DNA of 64,000 bases. Source: a bacterium (GTDB lineage: Bacteria > UBA8248). Positions 49,433-59,265 of the stretch are shown here, in pieces (position 1 is the first letter of the stretch; every line of letters starts with the position of its first letter). Where the stretch lies: assembly GCA_965221165.1 (NCBI GenBank), contig CBDCRP010000002.1, positions 96,001-160,000 on the forward strand. Reading direction: 5' to 3'. The notes beneath the pieces were generated by a model. It saw only the letters and a program-made list of their open reading frames with translations. It searched no databases and was not told the DNA's origin. Both the position numbers and the translations under genes were made by a program.

Positions 49433-50428
49433 CTAGTTTTTCCAACCCTCGGCTGCCATGGCCTTTTTCACCATGCTCAAGTCCATGCCTTCCTTGCGAA
49501 GATCGACCACGCGCTTCGCTTTGCGTTTTTTCAGAAGAACCTTGCCCATGTAATCAAACCACTTATAATCCGTCTCTGCTGGGAGAAGCCCAAAAGTCAG
49601 ATCGTTCACAGAGGCTTTCACTATTTTAAGCTTGATTTTTGAGCCTTTCGATTGCAAGTGGTTCAAGTATACGCGCGCAAACTTATCGCGATTATCTCTG
49701 TGCAATTTCATACCACGAATGAATCCTCTCAAAAACTTGGTATACACATCTTTGTCTTTTTTCAGCGTTTTTCCATTGGCCATTAAAATCCACAGGTTGT
49801 TTGCATATTTGCAAAAAGTTTCCACTATGCGGGCATATCCCCTGTCGATGGCAATGGCAGCTTGCGGGTTATTCAAAGCTATCATATCCACCGTCCGGGA
49901 TTTGAGCGCCGCCATGCGGGTATCGTTGTTCATGTTCACGGTCGTGAAGTCTTTCACGGCTAAGCCATATTTCGGCAGGATGAAGGTTGTGAGCGTGAAA
50001 TATGTACCCGTAGCTTTACCTACTCCAAGTCTTTTGCCCTTCAAGTCATGCAAGGTTTTAATGGGTGATTTGGGAGACGTCAGAATTTTATTCGCTTTGC
50101 ACCAGTAGTTGGCATTGGCGATGCCAGGCGCGTTTGCGCCTTTTGATATAGCTGAATAAAAAGCACGGTCGGCAGCACCACCAATATCAAGAGAGTTCGC
50201 CAAAATCGCCTGGCGCATCAATTTGCCCTGCGGGAATTGTTTAATGGTATATTTTCCCTTGCCGATGGTCTGATTATAGTAGCCCATCTTATGAGCAACG
50301 ATGGTGACCGCTCCCATAACAGAGCGGTGGTGGCCGATGCGGAACGGCGCTGCACTGGCAGGAAATGCAGTCAATACAACTCCTGCGATGGACATGGTGA
50401 CAACAAGACACATACCTCTCCGATTCAT
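49433..50428 (-). CDS. ABC transporter substrate-binding protein, SsuA/NMT1-THI5-like (orphan)
   Basis: Signal peptide ending PASA, FPQGKLM, IKTLHDLKGKRLGV. AAGGAGG RBS before ATG 50428. Confidence 0.8.
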   Translation of the reverse strand: MNRRGMCLVVTMSIAGVVLTAFPASAAPFRIGHHRSVMGAVTIVAHKMGYYNQTIGKGKYTIKQFPQGKLMRQAILANSLDIGGAADRAFYSAISKGANAPGIANANYWCKANKILTSPKSPIKTLHDLKGKRLGVGKATGTYFTLTTFILPKYGLAVKDFTTVNMNNDTRMAALKSRTVDMIALNNPQAAIAIDRGYARIVETFCKYANNLWILMANGKTLKKDKDVYTKFLRGFIRGMKLHRDNRDKFARVYLNHLQSKGSKIKLKIVKASVNDLTFGLLPAETDYKWFDYMGKVLLKKRKAKRVVDLRKEGMDLSMVKKAMAAEGWKN

Positions 50429-50656
50429 TACAAAATCCTCCTTGAGATTCATTGGCCCGAAGGCATCCATAGATGAAACCGTAAAACTGGCAAGCCGCGA
50501 CCGGGAAGCTATTTCTAATGTCGAAATTCCCATCATTTCTATGTGTGAGAGAAAGATATCATACCTTGAGGTATAATTGCATCTCGCTATGTTCCAGGTA
50601 ACCATCCGCCATTTTCCATCCCAAGAAAATATCCAACCCACCTCGACTCGCTTTCA

Positions 50657-51868
50657 TCAGGCGGTCGATTCAGGCGCAGGGCTTCGCCTTTGCAGTAACA
50701 AAGCCAAAACAAAGCCTACGAGCAAGACGATGGGAATCGTCCAAAAAGCATTCAACATTCCAATTCTTTCCCCCAGCAAAGAAAGGGGAATCGCCGTTAA
50801 TCCGGCCAATATCCAGCCTCCACCCAGCATTAATGAACTCGCGAACCCTCGGTGCTCGGGCAAATACTCCTGTGCCAATGCGACGGATACCCCCATCGGC
50901 ACGAAAACCCCTGCGCCGATAACGGCCAGAGATATGTACGCCCACTCCAGGGAAGACAACTGAAACGCCAACATACCGGCCAAAGCGCATCCAACGCCGA
51001 TGGTAATCACTCTGGGCTTTCCGTATTTATCCCCCATAATGCCGCCGAGCATCACACCAATGGCTCCCGAGAAAAAAATGACCGTGTTGGCCATTCCGCC
51101 ACGCCAAAGGCCCAAACCCTTCTCTACAAATATCGTGGGTAAAAATCCTCCTAAATTCGCTAAAGTTGTCCCTCTGACAATGGCGATGCCGAAAAGGAGA
51201 ATTAAGGGTCCACGAACATGTTTCAGTGACGCCAACAATCCATCCCGCTCGCTCGCCTCTTCATCTTTAATCTTTCTCTGGGGCGGGGCAGGCATGCCCA
51301 GTTTCACCCCCGCCATGGCGAGCACCGCCACGAGGATGAACACCCACAAATGTTCCATACCCATGGTTTCCGCGATGAAGATGGCGATTAATGGACCAAT
51401 CGCAAAACCCAGCCTTCCTCCCGTTACGAATAGGCTGACAATAAAACCGGCATGTTCGGGACTCAATCTACCAGCGCGCGCGGCCATATCCGGATGACAT
51501 AGGCCAAAAAGAATGCCACCCATGATTAGTGCGGCGGCCAAGCCATATACGCTCGTCACCCATCCAATTGCCGTAAAAGCAACGGAACTTCCAATCAGGC
51601 CTACCGCGAGCCAGGGCAACCAAGGCCACCTATCGATGACGACACCGGTGATGGGTTGTGTGATAGAGCCGCTTACTGCCTGAAATGAAATCAAAAACCC
51701 AATCGTCGTGATGCTGAGTCCCAATTTTTCTTTTAACAATGGGACAAGGGCGGCAAAGAAATTCGCTTGGCTATCGACCACAAAATGCGCAAAGAAAATG
51801 AGGCCTGTCCCCGTCCAAGGTAAAGTATTGAAAGATGGCTTTGTAGTGTTCGCAGGATTTCGGTTCAT
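50657..51868 (-). CDS. MFS transporter (Fsr-like)
   Basis: AHFVVD, QP, HP, SLFVTGG..GFAIGP, GDKYG, AQEYLP. Confidence 0.88.
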   Translation of the reverse strand: MNRNPANTTKPSFNTLPWTGTGLIFFAHFVVDSQANFFAALVPLLKEKLGLSITTIGFLISFQAVSGSITQPITGVVIDRWPWLPWLAVGLIGSSVAFTAIGWVTSVYGLAAALIMGGILFGLCHPDMAARAGRLSPEHAGFIVSLFVTGGRLGFAIGPLIAIFIAETMGMEHLWVFILVAVLAMAGVKLGMPAPPQRKIKDEEASERDGLLASLKHVRGPLILLFGIAIVRGTTLANLGGFLPTIFVEKGLGLWRGGMANTVIFFSGAIGVMLGGIMGDKYGKPRVITIGVGCALAGMLAFQLSSLEWAYISLAVIGAGVFVPMGVSVALAQEYLPEHRGFASSLMLGGGWILAGLTAIPLSLLGERIGMLNAFWTIPIVLLVGFVLALLLQRRSPAPESTA

Positions 51869-51870
51869 GT

Positions 51871-52869
51871 TTACCTCGGGGCCAGGGCCTTTAGGGTGCG
51901 TTCGACTGCTTCTTGATAACTTTCACCGGCCAACACGGGGTCAATCATCAAAGCCGACATGTCTACTCCAGCATCTCGAAAGGCGGCCATGCGTTCTCTA
52001 CACCTCTCCGGTGGGCCCACAAGGCAAAATTCATCAATAATAGCGTCGGTAATCCCATCTCTCAAAGCTTTCTGATCTCCGTGTTCGAAGGCTGTTTTTA
52101 TGCGTTCCGCCTCTTCATCATAACCACTTTCCCGAATCGAATTGTTATATGCTGGAAGCCCTAGCCAATATGTCAGAGTTTGACGGGCGGCTTCCCTGGC
52201 GCACACGAGGTCATCACATAAAAAAGTGTGTATTCCGAGGTCAATTTCTACATCCTGGGGGTTTCTGCCTGCCCGTATTGCTCCAGCATCTCTCGCTTCT
52301 ACATAAGCACTCATCCTTGATAGCGGAACCATATATGGCAATAATCCATCGGCAATTTCTCCACCAAGCGTCGTCATTTGGGGGCCGACAGCAGCTATGT
52401 ATACCCGAACCGGGTACTTTGAACGCCTAAATTTCAACTCTTCTCCCTGATAAGTTTGGACAGGCAGCGGATATACAGGCTCACCCTCTAATACGCCTTT
52501 AACCTCACCAACATATGTACGCATATCCTCAAGAGGGTTTCCCGGTTCTATCCCCATCGCTTTGATGCGGGGCGGATGCCCAAGCCCGAGGCCCAAAATA
52601 TAGCGCCCGCCAGAGATTTCGTTAATCGCCACAGCACCTTGAGCAGCCATAGAAGCATGGCGCAAATAAATGATGGCGACCGAACTACCAATCTCAATCT
52701 TCGATGTATATGTCGCCATAAGTTGATTGATAGCCAACGTATCTGTGAGGGATTCTGTAGTATAAACGCGATCATACCCTAATTCTTCACCAAGCCTTGC
52801 AACCTCCCCCATCCCGTTGAATGAAATGTCTGTGAACGTAAGAAGCCAAAACCCGAGGCGATGCGTCAT
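51871..52869 (-). CDS. LLM-class flavin/F420-dependent oxidoreductase
   Basis: EELGYDRVYTTE, ISGGRYILGLG, IAAVGPQM, EIADG, LVGPPE..RDAGV. Confidence 0.88.
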   Translation of the reverse strand: MTHRLGFWLLTFTDISFNGMGEVARLGEELGYDRVYTTESLTDTLAINQLMATYTSKIEIGSSVAIIYLRHASMAAQGAVAINEISGGRYILGLGLGHPPRIKAMGIEPGNPLEDMRTYVGEVKGVLEGEPVYPLPVQTYQGEELKFRRSKYPVRVYIAAVGPQMTTLGGEIADGLLPYMVPLSRMSAYVEARDAGAIRAGRNPQDVEIDLGIHTFLCDDLVCAREAARQTLTYWLGLPAYNNSIRESGYDEEAERIKTAFEHGDQKALRDGITDAIIDEFCLVGPPERCRERMAAFRDAGVDMSALMIDPVLAGESYQEAVERTLKALAPR

Positions 52870-52906
52870 TTGAATCCTTTCCCGAATAGTAAACTCTCCA
52901 TCATGG

Positions 52907-53677
52907 TTATTGGCATAATCGGCCCCCGTCAACCACAATGACAGACCCATTCATGTATGATGCTTCATCAGACGCCAGAAAAACGGCGCAATCGGCAATT
53001 TCTTCCGGAGTTGCAAAACGTCCCAGTGGTATGTTGCTCACCAGCCTTTCTCGTCGGCCCGCCTCCGTCTCCACACGATGCTTCGTACCCTCGCTTAAAG
53101 TCGTCCCTGGAGCTATCGCATTCACTCGAATTCCTTTAGGCCCGAGTTCGGCCGCATGTGCCTTCGTCATCAAATGCATGGCCCCTTTCGTCGCGCAATA
53201 GAGCGAATTATTAGGCACTCCAGCCTCACCAGATGTAGAACCAATATTTATAATCTGGCCCCCAGACCTGGGGATCATATGCTCGGCCGCCAATCCACTC
53301 AGAATAAACGAAGCCATCGCATTGACTTGAAACAGTGAAACCACCTCTTCGTGCGTCACCTCCTCCACAGGCTTGTTACAACGAATTCCAGCGCAGTTCA
53401 CTAAAATATCGAGATCGCCCAGATGCGTCAGAGCGCGACTCATCAAAGGAGCCACATTCGCCAGGTTCGACAGGTTAATCCCCTCGCCGGCAACCGACAT
53501 GGCTTGGGTCTTGCAATATTCGAGTGTTGACGCCAAAGCGCCTATGTTTCTGCCACCTGCCAGATATAGCGAGCAACCCTCCTCAGCAAAACGCCTTGCA
53601 ATGGCGGAGCCAATTCCCACAGAGGCTCCCGTGATGAATGCTTTCTTTCCTCGTAATCGCATGTCGAATTGTTCCAT
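52907..53677 (-). CDS. SDR oxidoreductase
   Basis: TGASVGIG, LVNCAG, YCATK, RVNAIAPG, VDGG. Confidence 0.93.
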   Translation of the reverse strand: MEQFDMRLRGKKAFITGASVGIGSAIARRFAEEGCSLYLAGGRNIGALASTLEYCKTQAMSVAGEGINLSNLANVAPLMSRALTHLGDLDILVNCAGIRCNKPVEEVTHEEVVSLFQVNAMASFILSGLAAEHMIPRSGGQIINIGSTSGEAGVPNNSLYCATKGAMHLMTKAHAAELGPKGIRVNAIAPGTTLSEGTKHRVETEAGRRERLVSNIPLGRFATPEEIADCAVFLASDEASYMNGSVIVVDGGRLCQ

Positions 53678-54231
53678 TACTTTAAGGGAGGCTCTTCTCC
53701 TTCTGGCACTTGTAGTTCAAATGCGTTGAGTGTCATGGAAACTGTCGTGTAATGCCCGATGATACCAACTAACTCCACCAATCCACGTTCCCCGAAATGC
53801 TCGAACATATTTTGATACACTTCATCACTCACAGAGTGCTTTTCGTGTAATGCAGTACAAAAGTCATAGACTGCCTCCTCATCGGCGGCCATTTGAGCAG
53901 GTCGCCTATTCTCTTGAACCGCCTTGATTATTTCGGGAGATAATCCCGCCTTCCTGGCTAAAGGCTCATGGGCGTACCATTCATATTGCGAACACCAGAA
54001 CCGGGCGGTAATCAAAATCGCAAACTCGCTCAGCCGTGGTTCAAATAGGGAGTCATAACGCAAATAACGCCCTGTCTCTTCTAATTTTTCGAGATAAGCC
54101 GGACTTTTGAGCCATGCCAGAAACGGGCCTCGCACGCCTCCTCTGGGGCCAGAGGCGATTTTCTCATAGAGTTTTCTTTGCGCATCTGTCATCTGTTCTA
54201 TTGGCGTTTCTATCAAACGGGGCATCGTCAT
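53677..54231 (-). CDS. CMD-family protein (no CxxC)
   Basis: GPRGGVRGPF, ARFWCSQYEWYAH, GLVELVGIIGHY..LNAF. Confidence 0.88.
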   Translation of the reverse strand: MTMPRLIETPIEQMTDAQRKLYEKIASGPRGGVRGPFLAWLKSPAYLEKLEETGRYLRYDSLFEPRLSEFAILITARFWCSQYEWYAHEPLARKAGLSPEIIKAVQENRRPAQMAADEEAVYDFCTALHEKHSVSDEVYQNMFEHFGERGLVELVGIIGHYTTVSMTLNAFELQVPEGEEPPLK

Positions 54232-54443
54232 CAATTCTCCTATTCCTTGGGTATGCACGATCATTGGACTTTCACCTGCTACATAAGAATTCCGTAGGTT
54301 GCAAGGCGGTGCTTAGTTTGATAATCAATTAATAAGGCTGCGGTCGGCGCGGCCAAATTGAGTTTTCTGGAAATGTACTTGGAGTGAAAGGCCCCCACCT
54401 GATTCATTTCTACCCATTTCCAAAATATGCAGGAGATGCGCAA

Positions 54444-54659
54444 GTGCCAGAAGGAACAGTGAAGTGGTTCAATGACGCAAAGGGCTATGGTTTCATTTCA
54501 CAAACGGATGGTGACGATGTCTTCGTTCACTTCTCCGCCATCCAGGGAGACGGCTTCAAAACCCTGGAGGAAGGACAAAACGTCAACTTCGAAATTGTTC
54601 AGGGCCCGAAAGGGCTTCAGGCGGCCAATGTCACAAAAGGGGGTGACTCCGGAGAATAA
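54444..54659 (+). CDS. Cold-shock protein
   Basis: [45 protein letters not shown] start. Confidence 0.95.
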   Translation: MPEGTVKWFNDAKGYGFISQTDGDDVFVHFSAIQGDGFKTLEEGQNVNFEIVQGPKGLQAANVTKGGDSGE

Positions 54660-54681
54660 CCCCCTTTTATGGATAATAACT

Positions 54682-54716
54682 AAAACGACGGCTCACCCGA
54701 GCCGTCGTTTTTTTTG
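54682..54716 (+). terminator. Intrinsic terminator after the cold-shock gene
   Basis: AAAACGACGGCTC-ACCC-GAGCCGTCGTTTTTTTT. Confidence 0.85.
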
Positions 54717-54818
54717 TCCGCCGATATCCTCCCTGCTGCTTGCGGGAGGGTGAAGCCTCCATGTTATAACCCCACCTGTAAGGCCATCCAACAGATCGAT
54801 AAAACGGAAAGGCACTTC

Positions 54819-55922
54819 ATGCGGGACGTTATCGTCATCGGTGGCGGCATCATGGGTCTCCTGGTAGCGAGAGAACTGCGCAAGGCGGGCAGAAACGTCG
54901 CCATCATCGATAAGGGCAGGCCGGGCGCAGGCGCCACCTGGGCTTCCGCGGGCATCATCTCCGCCCACGGCACGAGCGGCTCGGCCGACATCGCGGGTAT
55001 TCCGGGCCTCAAGCTCCGAACCGCCTCTTATGAAGAATGGCCCCTTCTTGCAGAAGCCATTCTCGAGGAAAGCGGAACGGACATCGAATACCGCCTCACG
55101 GGCGTTCTGCTGATCGCCCTGGATGAGGAGGAAGCCGAAGGCATTCAGAAAAAAGCCCGCGCGCGCGAGTGGGGCGAGGCCGAGTGGATGGCGCCCGACG
55201 CGCTGAGGAGCGAAGAGCCCTGCCTCTCCGGTGAGCTTGCCGGTGCGCTGCTCGTCGAAGGTGGAAACCTCGAAGTCAGGAAGCTGGGACCCGCCATCGA
55301 GCTATCCTGCCGGCGCCTCGGGGTGGAGATCATCACAGGGCACGTGGCGGAGGAGGTCCTGAGCGATGGCGGGAAAGTCACCGGGGTCCGCACGGATGCT
55401 GGAATCCTTGAAGCGCCCGCCGTCTTCATCTGCGCAGGCATCGGCAGCCGCAGCCTGCCCGGCTCCGCCCCGAGAGCGCCCATCACGCCCCAGCGCGGGC
55501 AGATGCTCTCCATGGACGCCCGCGCGTTGGACCTCAGGCGCGTGGTGCTGACCGTGAACGACCCCTATCTCGTGCCCCGCGCGGATGGCCGCGTTCTGCT
55601 GGGCGCGACGAGGGAGTTCGCGGGCGAGGACCCGAGGCTCACCGTGGGGGGCCTCTCCTGGCTGCTTGGAGAGGGGGCGCACATCTCCCCGGCAATCGCT
55701 TCGTGCGCCATCGAGGAGACCTGGAGCGGCTTCAGGCCCACTTCTTCAGACTACCTGCCCCTCATCGGCCGGGGCGCTATCGAGGGCCTCTATTTCTGCA
55801 CCGGGCACGGGCCTTCGGGCATCGGGCCTGCGCCCGCGAGCGTGAAGCTGGCCACCGCGCTCTATCTCGGCGACGCCCCCCCGCTCGACCCGGCGCCCTA
55901 TGACCCCATGCGCTTCGCGTAG
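54819..55922 (+). CDS. Glycine oxidase ThiO-like / DAO-family FAD oxidoreductase
   Basis: VIGGGIMG, ATWASAGII, PQRGQM, YLVPRADGRVLLGAT, WSGFRP, TGH. Confidence 0.85.
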   Translation: MRDVIVIGGGIMGLLVARELRKAGRNVAIIDKGRPGAGATWASAGIISAHGTSGSADIAGIPGLKLRTASYEEWPLLAEAILEESGTDIEYRLTGVLLIALDEEEAEGIQKKARAREWGEAEWMAPDALRSEEPCLSGELAGALLVEGGNLEVRKLGPAIELSCRRLGVEIITGHVAEEVLSDGGKVTGVRTDAGILEAPAVFICAGIGSRSLPGSAPRAPITPQRGQMLSMDARALDLRRVVLTVNDPYLVPRADGRVLLGATREFAGEDPRLTVGGLSWLLGEGAHISPAIASCAIEETWSGFRPTSSDYLPLIGRGAIEGLYFCTGHGPSGIGPAPASVKLATALYLGDAPPLDPAPYDPMRFA

Positions 55923-56040
55923 CAAATGCGGGGAAATGCGCGGGCTCGAAAAAAAAATTTTATGGTGAAAATCAGGGGATATTCTTTCTTTTCTACTTTA
56001 GATATACGGCATAATTACTTGATAATAAATCGAATAGACA

Positions 56041-56118
56041 TTTTCAATTTTTGAGATAAATTTTCAGATATTTTCAGATGTTTTCGCCTATTTTCAGATA
56101 TTTTCACCATTTCAGAAT
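56041..56118 (-). repeat. 10-bp-phased GAAAA array, inverted relative to 19271-19330
   Basis: Plus strand TTTTC every 10 bp. 56081-56105 is the exact reverse complement of 19295-19319. Confidence 0.8.
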
Positions 56119-56324
56119 TTGAAGTATTCATTCCGATATTCCGGGATTTCGGCACTTCAGATACTCTCCATATACGAAACAGAATACGATACAATCGACA
56201 CCTCCTCTCGATCGGCCCGTATGAAGGGGCGGTTGGAAAATAGCGCATGCGGGGTGTGAAAAGATACGCGCAATTGCGGGGAATTGCGGGATTCCTTTAT
56301 CCTCGCTGGCAGATGATGTCTGGT

Positions 56325-56650
56325 CCTCGTCATTCCGGTGTCATTTCCGGCCGAGGAGGAAGGGTTTGCGGACAACCACGGGAACAATGAAGTCGTAGGG
56401 GCGGACCTGTGTGTCCGCCCGCCTTTAGCCTTTTGTTGTCATTCTGGCGAAAGCCAGAATCCAGGCTGACGAGAAAACGCATCGGCTCTAGATTCCGGCA
56501 TGCGCCGGAATGACGACTTTTGTTGTCAATCTCGCCCTGTGAGGGAAAATGCGACCGATGGGAAAGAGGAATTATACCTTCGTAGGGGTGTCGAACTTTC
56601 CTGAGGAAGGGAAGATCGTGTGTGTCCGCCCGCAATAGGGAAGATCACCC
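56325..56650. repeat. REP-like palindrome cluster
   Basis: GTAGGGGCGGACCTGTGTGTCCGCCC, GTCATTCTGGCGAAAGCCAGAATCCAG, ATTCCGGCATGCGCCGGAATGACG, and a 55-bp GTAGGGGTGTCGA element at 56581 that recurs at 60295 and 62222. Confidence 0.85.
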
Positions 56651-56722
56651 ATCTTGAGATCGTCGCACAATTGCACGACCTCGTGTCAGGCTCTCCAAGA
56701 AGGTTTTATTGTCATGTTGCCC

Positions 56723-57355
56723 TTACTCAGAGAGCTCTCTTCCCTCGGTAGGAAACCATTTGTTCAGAACACCTTTGAATTCCAGAAAGGCCGTATCCGT
56801 GCATCGACGAAGGGAAACCTTTTCCGCAATCTGCAGATATAGGGATGCGCTACGAGGTTTTTGCGCTTCCCGCAAGGCTGCTTCGAAAGCCTCTTTAGGC
56901 CGCATAGGCTTGACTTCACCTTCTTGCAAATAGTTTTGCTCGACTAACCAGCGACGAAGGCCGGGCTCCCGGCCTTTCCATCCCGCCACCTCGTCGACAT
57001 GCGGAGAGTCGCTCCAAATCCACACCTCCAGTTCAGGAGAAAGCACGATAGCCTTGGCCCGTTCGCCCCAAGCCGATCTGGCAAATGCCTCGTTGAGGCT
57101 TTCTTGCAACGCCAAGGACGCCATTTCCTCCTTTCCACTTCCTTCATAATCAAACATGAGCAAACCGTGGCGATACTGTTGTGAAAAATGGGAAGTGAAT
57201 TCAACGCCGCGTAGTGCGCATGCAGGATCGTGTTGCGGATGGGGGTAGATATCCGCTTCGATGGCTCGGCCACCCAGCGCATCCGGCCTTGAAAGCAATC
57301 CCTTCAGTGTGTATTCCAAGTCTTTGTCGGCAACGATAATGACAAGGTCTTTCAA
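56723..57355 (-). CDS. MAD4-like protein (partner of the MAD3-like ATPase, probable TOPRIM-like nuclease fold)
   Basis: KDLVIIVADKD, HPQHDP, MFDYEG, PELEVWIWSDSPHV, KP.RPKEA, KPRS..LY, WF. TTG start overlaps the ATPase stop (TTGA). Family recalled, not searched. Confidence 0.7.
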   Translation of the reverse strand: MKDLVIIVADKDLEYTLKGLLSRPDALGGRAIEADIYPHPQHDPACALRGVEFTSHFSQQYRHGLLMFDYEGSGKEEMASLALQESLNEAFARSAWGERAKAIVLSPELEVWIWSDSPHVDEVAGWKGREPGLRRWLVEQNYLQEGEVKPMRPKEAFEAALREAQKPRSASLYLQIAEKVSLRRCTDTAFLEFKGVLNKWFPTEGRELSE

Positions 57356-58614
57356 CCCAAAACTCCTGACGCGAGCAACGTTCCAAGATCGGCTTCTCCA
57401 TGCCACTCCTGTAGTTTGGGATGTTTGGAACCGAGAACAATATCCGTTGCTCCCGTATCATCCTTGGCAAAGCACAACACGTCGTCCATCTTGGCCGCGC
57501 TCAAGACCACCGGTGAATGAGTCGCCAGCAGGACCTGGGCCGAATACACCGAGGAGAGAGAGTCATAAACGGTCGCCACGGCGCGTGGATGGATACCGTT
57601 CTCCGGCTCTTCGATCAGATAGATCCCTTTGAGATCGTCAAGATAAGCCGGCAAGGTCAGTGCCGTCAGTCGGAGTGTACCATCGGACACCATCCAGGAA
57701 GGCACTTTCAGGCCACCTTTATACTCGTAGACCATGTAGCAATGTTTGTCCTCCGGACGCTCAATGGTCGTGATATCTACGAGATCGTCGAGCGCCGTCC
57801 GAAGATGTGCGAGCCAGGCACGATACCTTTTTCCGTTCTCTTTCCGCAGACGGGCAACAACCCAGGGCAAATTTGATCCGTTGGGCAAAAAACCTCTAAC
57901 TCGGGTCGGCCGACTAGGTCGTCTGATCGCAAGGCTGTTAAGAACAAACTTCTGTACACCGGTACTTAGATATTCTCGAAACCATGTGGCCACTGGAAAG
58001 GACTTTGCATCCGCTGGAAGATTGCCGAGGGCCGACTTTTGCGGCCCAAGCTTGAACGAGGGGGTCCAGCCCTTTCCCCCCTGAGGGTAGGTTTCGCTGT
58101 AGAAATTGTCATTCCCTTCCAGCACTTTATGGACCACGGTCTTGTAGTTGCGTTTACCTTTAGGGGTCAGCAGCGACGCCGGCGCGTTGGGAGGCATGGG
58201 GAATAGCGAACGCTGAGGTGATTCTATGGCCTGGGTTTTCTTTAGCAAGAACTTCTCGGCCTTAAACTCGAACTGGCGCTTTGTTTCGTCGAAACCGATG
58301 GCCACCTCGTACCGCGCCGTGCCCATCTCTGGTTTCGCCGTCTGCTTGCGCAACTCATCGGGAATACGGGCCTCGATGGCCAGTTCTAACTTGTCTCCTT
58401 GACGTCGAAAGAGGAGTTCTTCTGGATTTGTGGTTCGGCCAAAGAACGCCTCATCTAATACTCCCTCGGATACCAGATCTCTCAGAAAGCCTACGACATC
58501 GAGAAAGGTCGTCTTGCCGCTGGCGTTCGGCCCGACTAGAACGTGAAGCGGCCCGAGGGGTCTCGACACGTACCGCAAGCATCGATAATTCAGGGCTTCA
58601 ACCAGTGTAATCAT
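57352..58614 (-). CDS. AAA_21/ABC-type ATPase, MAD3-like
   Basis: NYRCL, Walker A GPNASGKT, signature VSDGTLR, Walker B/D-loop LIEEPENGIHP, H-loop ATHSP. Confidence 0.85.
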   Translation of the reverse strand: MITLVEALNYRCLRYVSRPLGPLHVLVGPNASGKTTFLDVVGFLRDLVSEGVLDEAFFGRTTNPEELLFRRQGDKLELAIEARIPDELRKQTAKPEMGTARYEVAIGFDETKRQFEFKAEKFLLKKTQAIESPQRSLFPMPPNAPASLLTPKGKRNYKTVVHKVLEGNDNFYSETYPQGGKGWTPSFKLGPQKSALGNLPADAKSFPVATWFREYLSTGVQKFVLNSLAIRRPSRPTRVRGFLPNGSNLPWVVARLRKENGKRYRAWLAHLRTALDDLVDITTIERPEDKHCYMVYEYKGGLKVPSWMVSDGTLRLTALTLPAYLDDLKGIYLIEEPENGIHPRAVATVYDSLSSVYSAQVLLATHSPVVLSAAKMDDVLCFAKDDTGATDIVLGSKHPKLQEWHGEADLGTLLASGVLG

Positions 58615-58779
58615 CCATCCGCTCCATCTCGAATTTCTGGGCGCGGCGTTCCCTTGGCGTTTTACATACGCGGGGCAAAGGAATCAAAAACCTCGGACAT
58701 TTACATCAGGATGCGTCAATATCGCGCGATGCCCCTTTTCTCAGACTCTACTCCCCCACCTTCCCCGCCCGCATGAACC

Positions 58780-59091
58780 CTACGCCGTCGCTTCCTCGCG
58801 CAGGGGTTTCGTATACGCGATGGCGGCCACGTCGAAATATTCGAGGCTCGCGTTGTTGGCTCTCCTGAAGCTGCGCTGCTTCTCGGAGTTGAACCAGGCG
58901 TCGGCTGTGGCCTTGTCCTCGAAGTGATAGACCGAGGCCATGCGGCCCGCCTCCTCGTTCATGCCCCACGTCTTGTCGATGAGGCCGGGCACTTCGTTCT
59001 CGAAGAAGGGTGCGGATTTTTCCTTGTCCTCACTCACTTCGGCGAGCGTGGGCGCAACGGCGGGATAGTGTAGAATAACCATCATCATCAT
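58780..59091 (-). CDS. YdhR-like dimeric alpha/beta-barrel protein
   Basis: VPGLIDKTW..NEE..ASVYHFEDKATADAW..LEYFDV. AGGAGG RBS. The ORF-track N-terminal extension is antisense to the next gene. Confidence 0.7.
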   Translation of the reverse strand: MMMMVILHYPAVAPTLAEVSEDKEKSAPFFENEVPGLIDKTWGMNEEAGRMASVYHFEDKATADAWFNSEKQRSFRRANNASLEYFDVAAIAYTKPLREEATA

Positions 59092-59265
59092 AAAGTCCTC
59101 CTGGGTGTCTGGATTGGCTTTGGCTGTCATCGTCCTTTTCATGTTTTGCCGGAAATGATAGCCCAGGGGAGCGAATCCGCCAAACGCCCGAAAATAGCGG
59201 GTAGGCGCGCGAAAACCAAAAAATGAGGCGCGCGAGAAAATTTTACACGAGAAGGGAGAAAAAAC

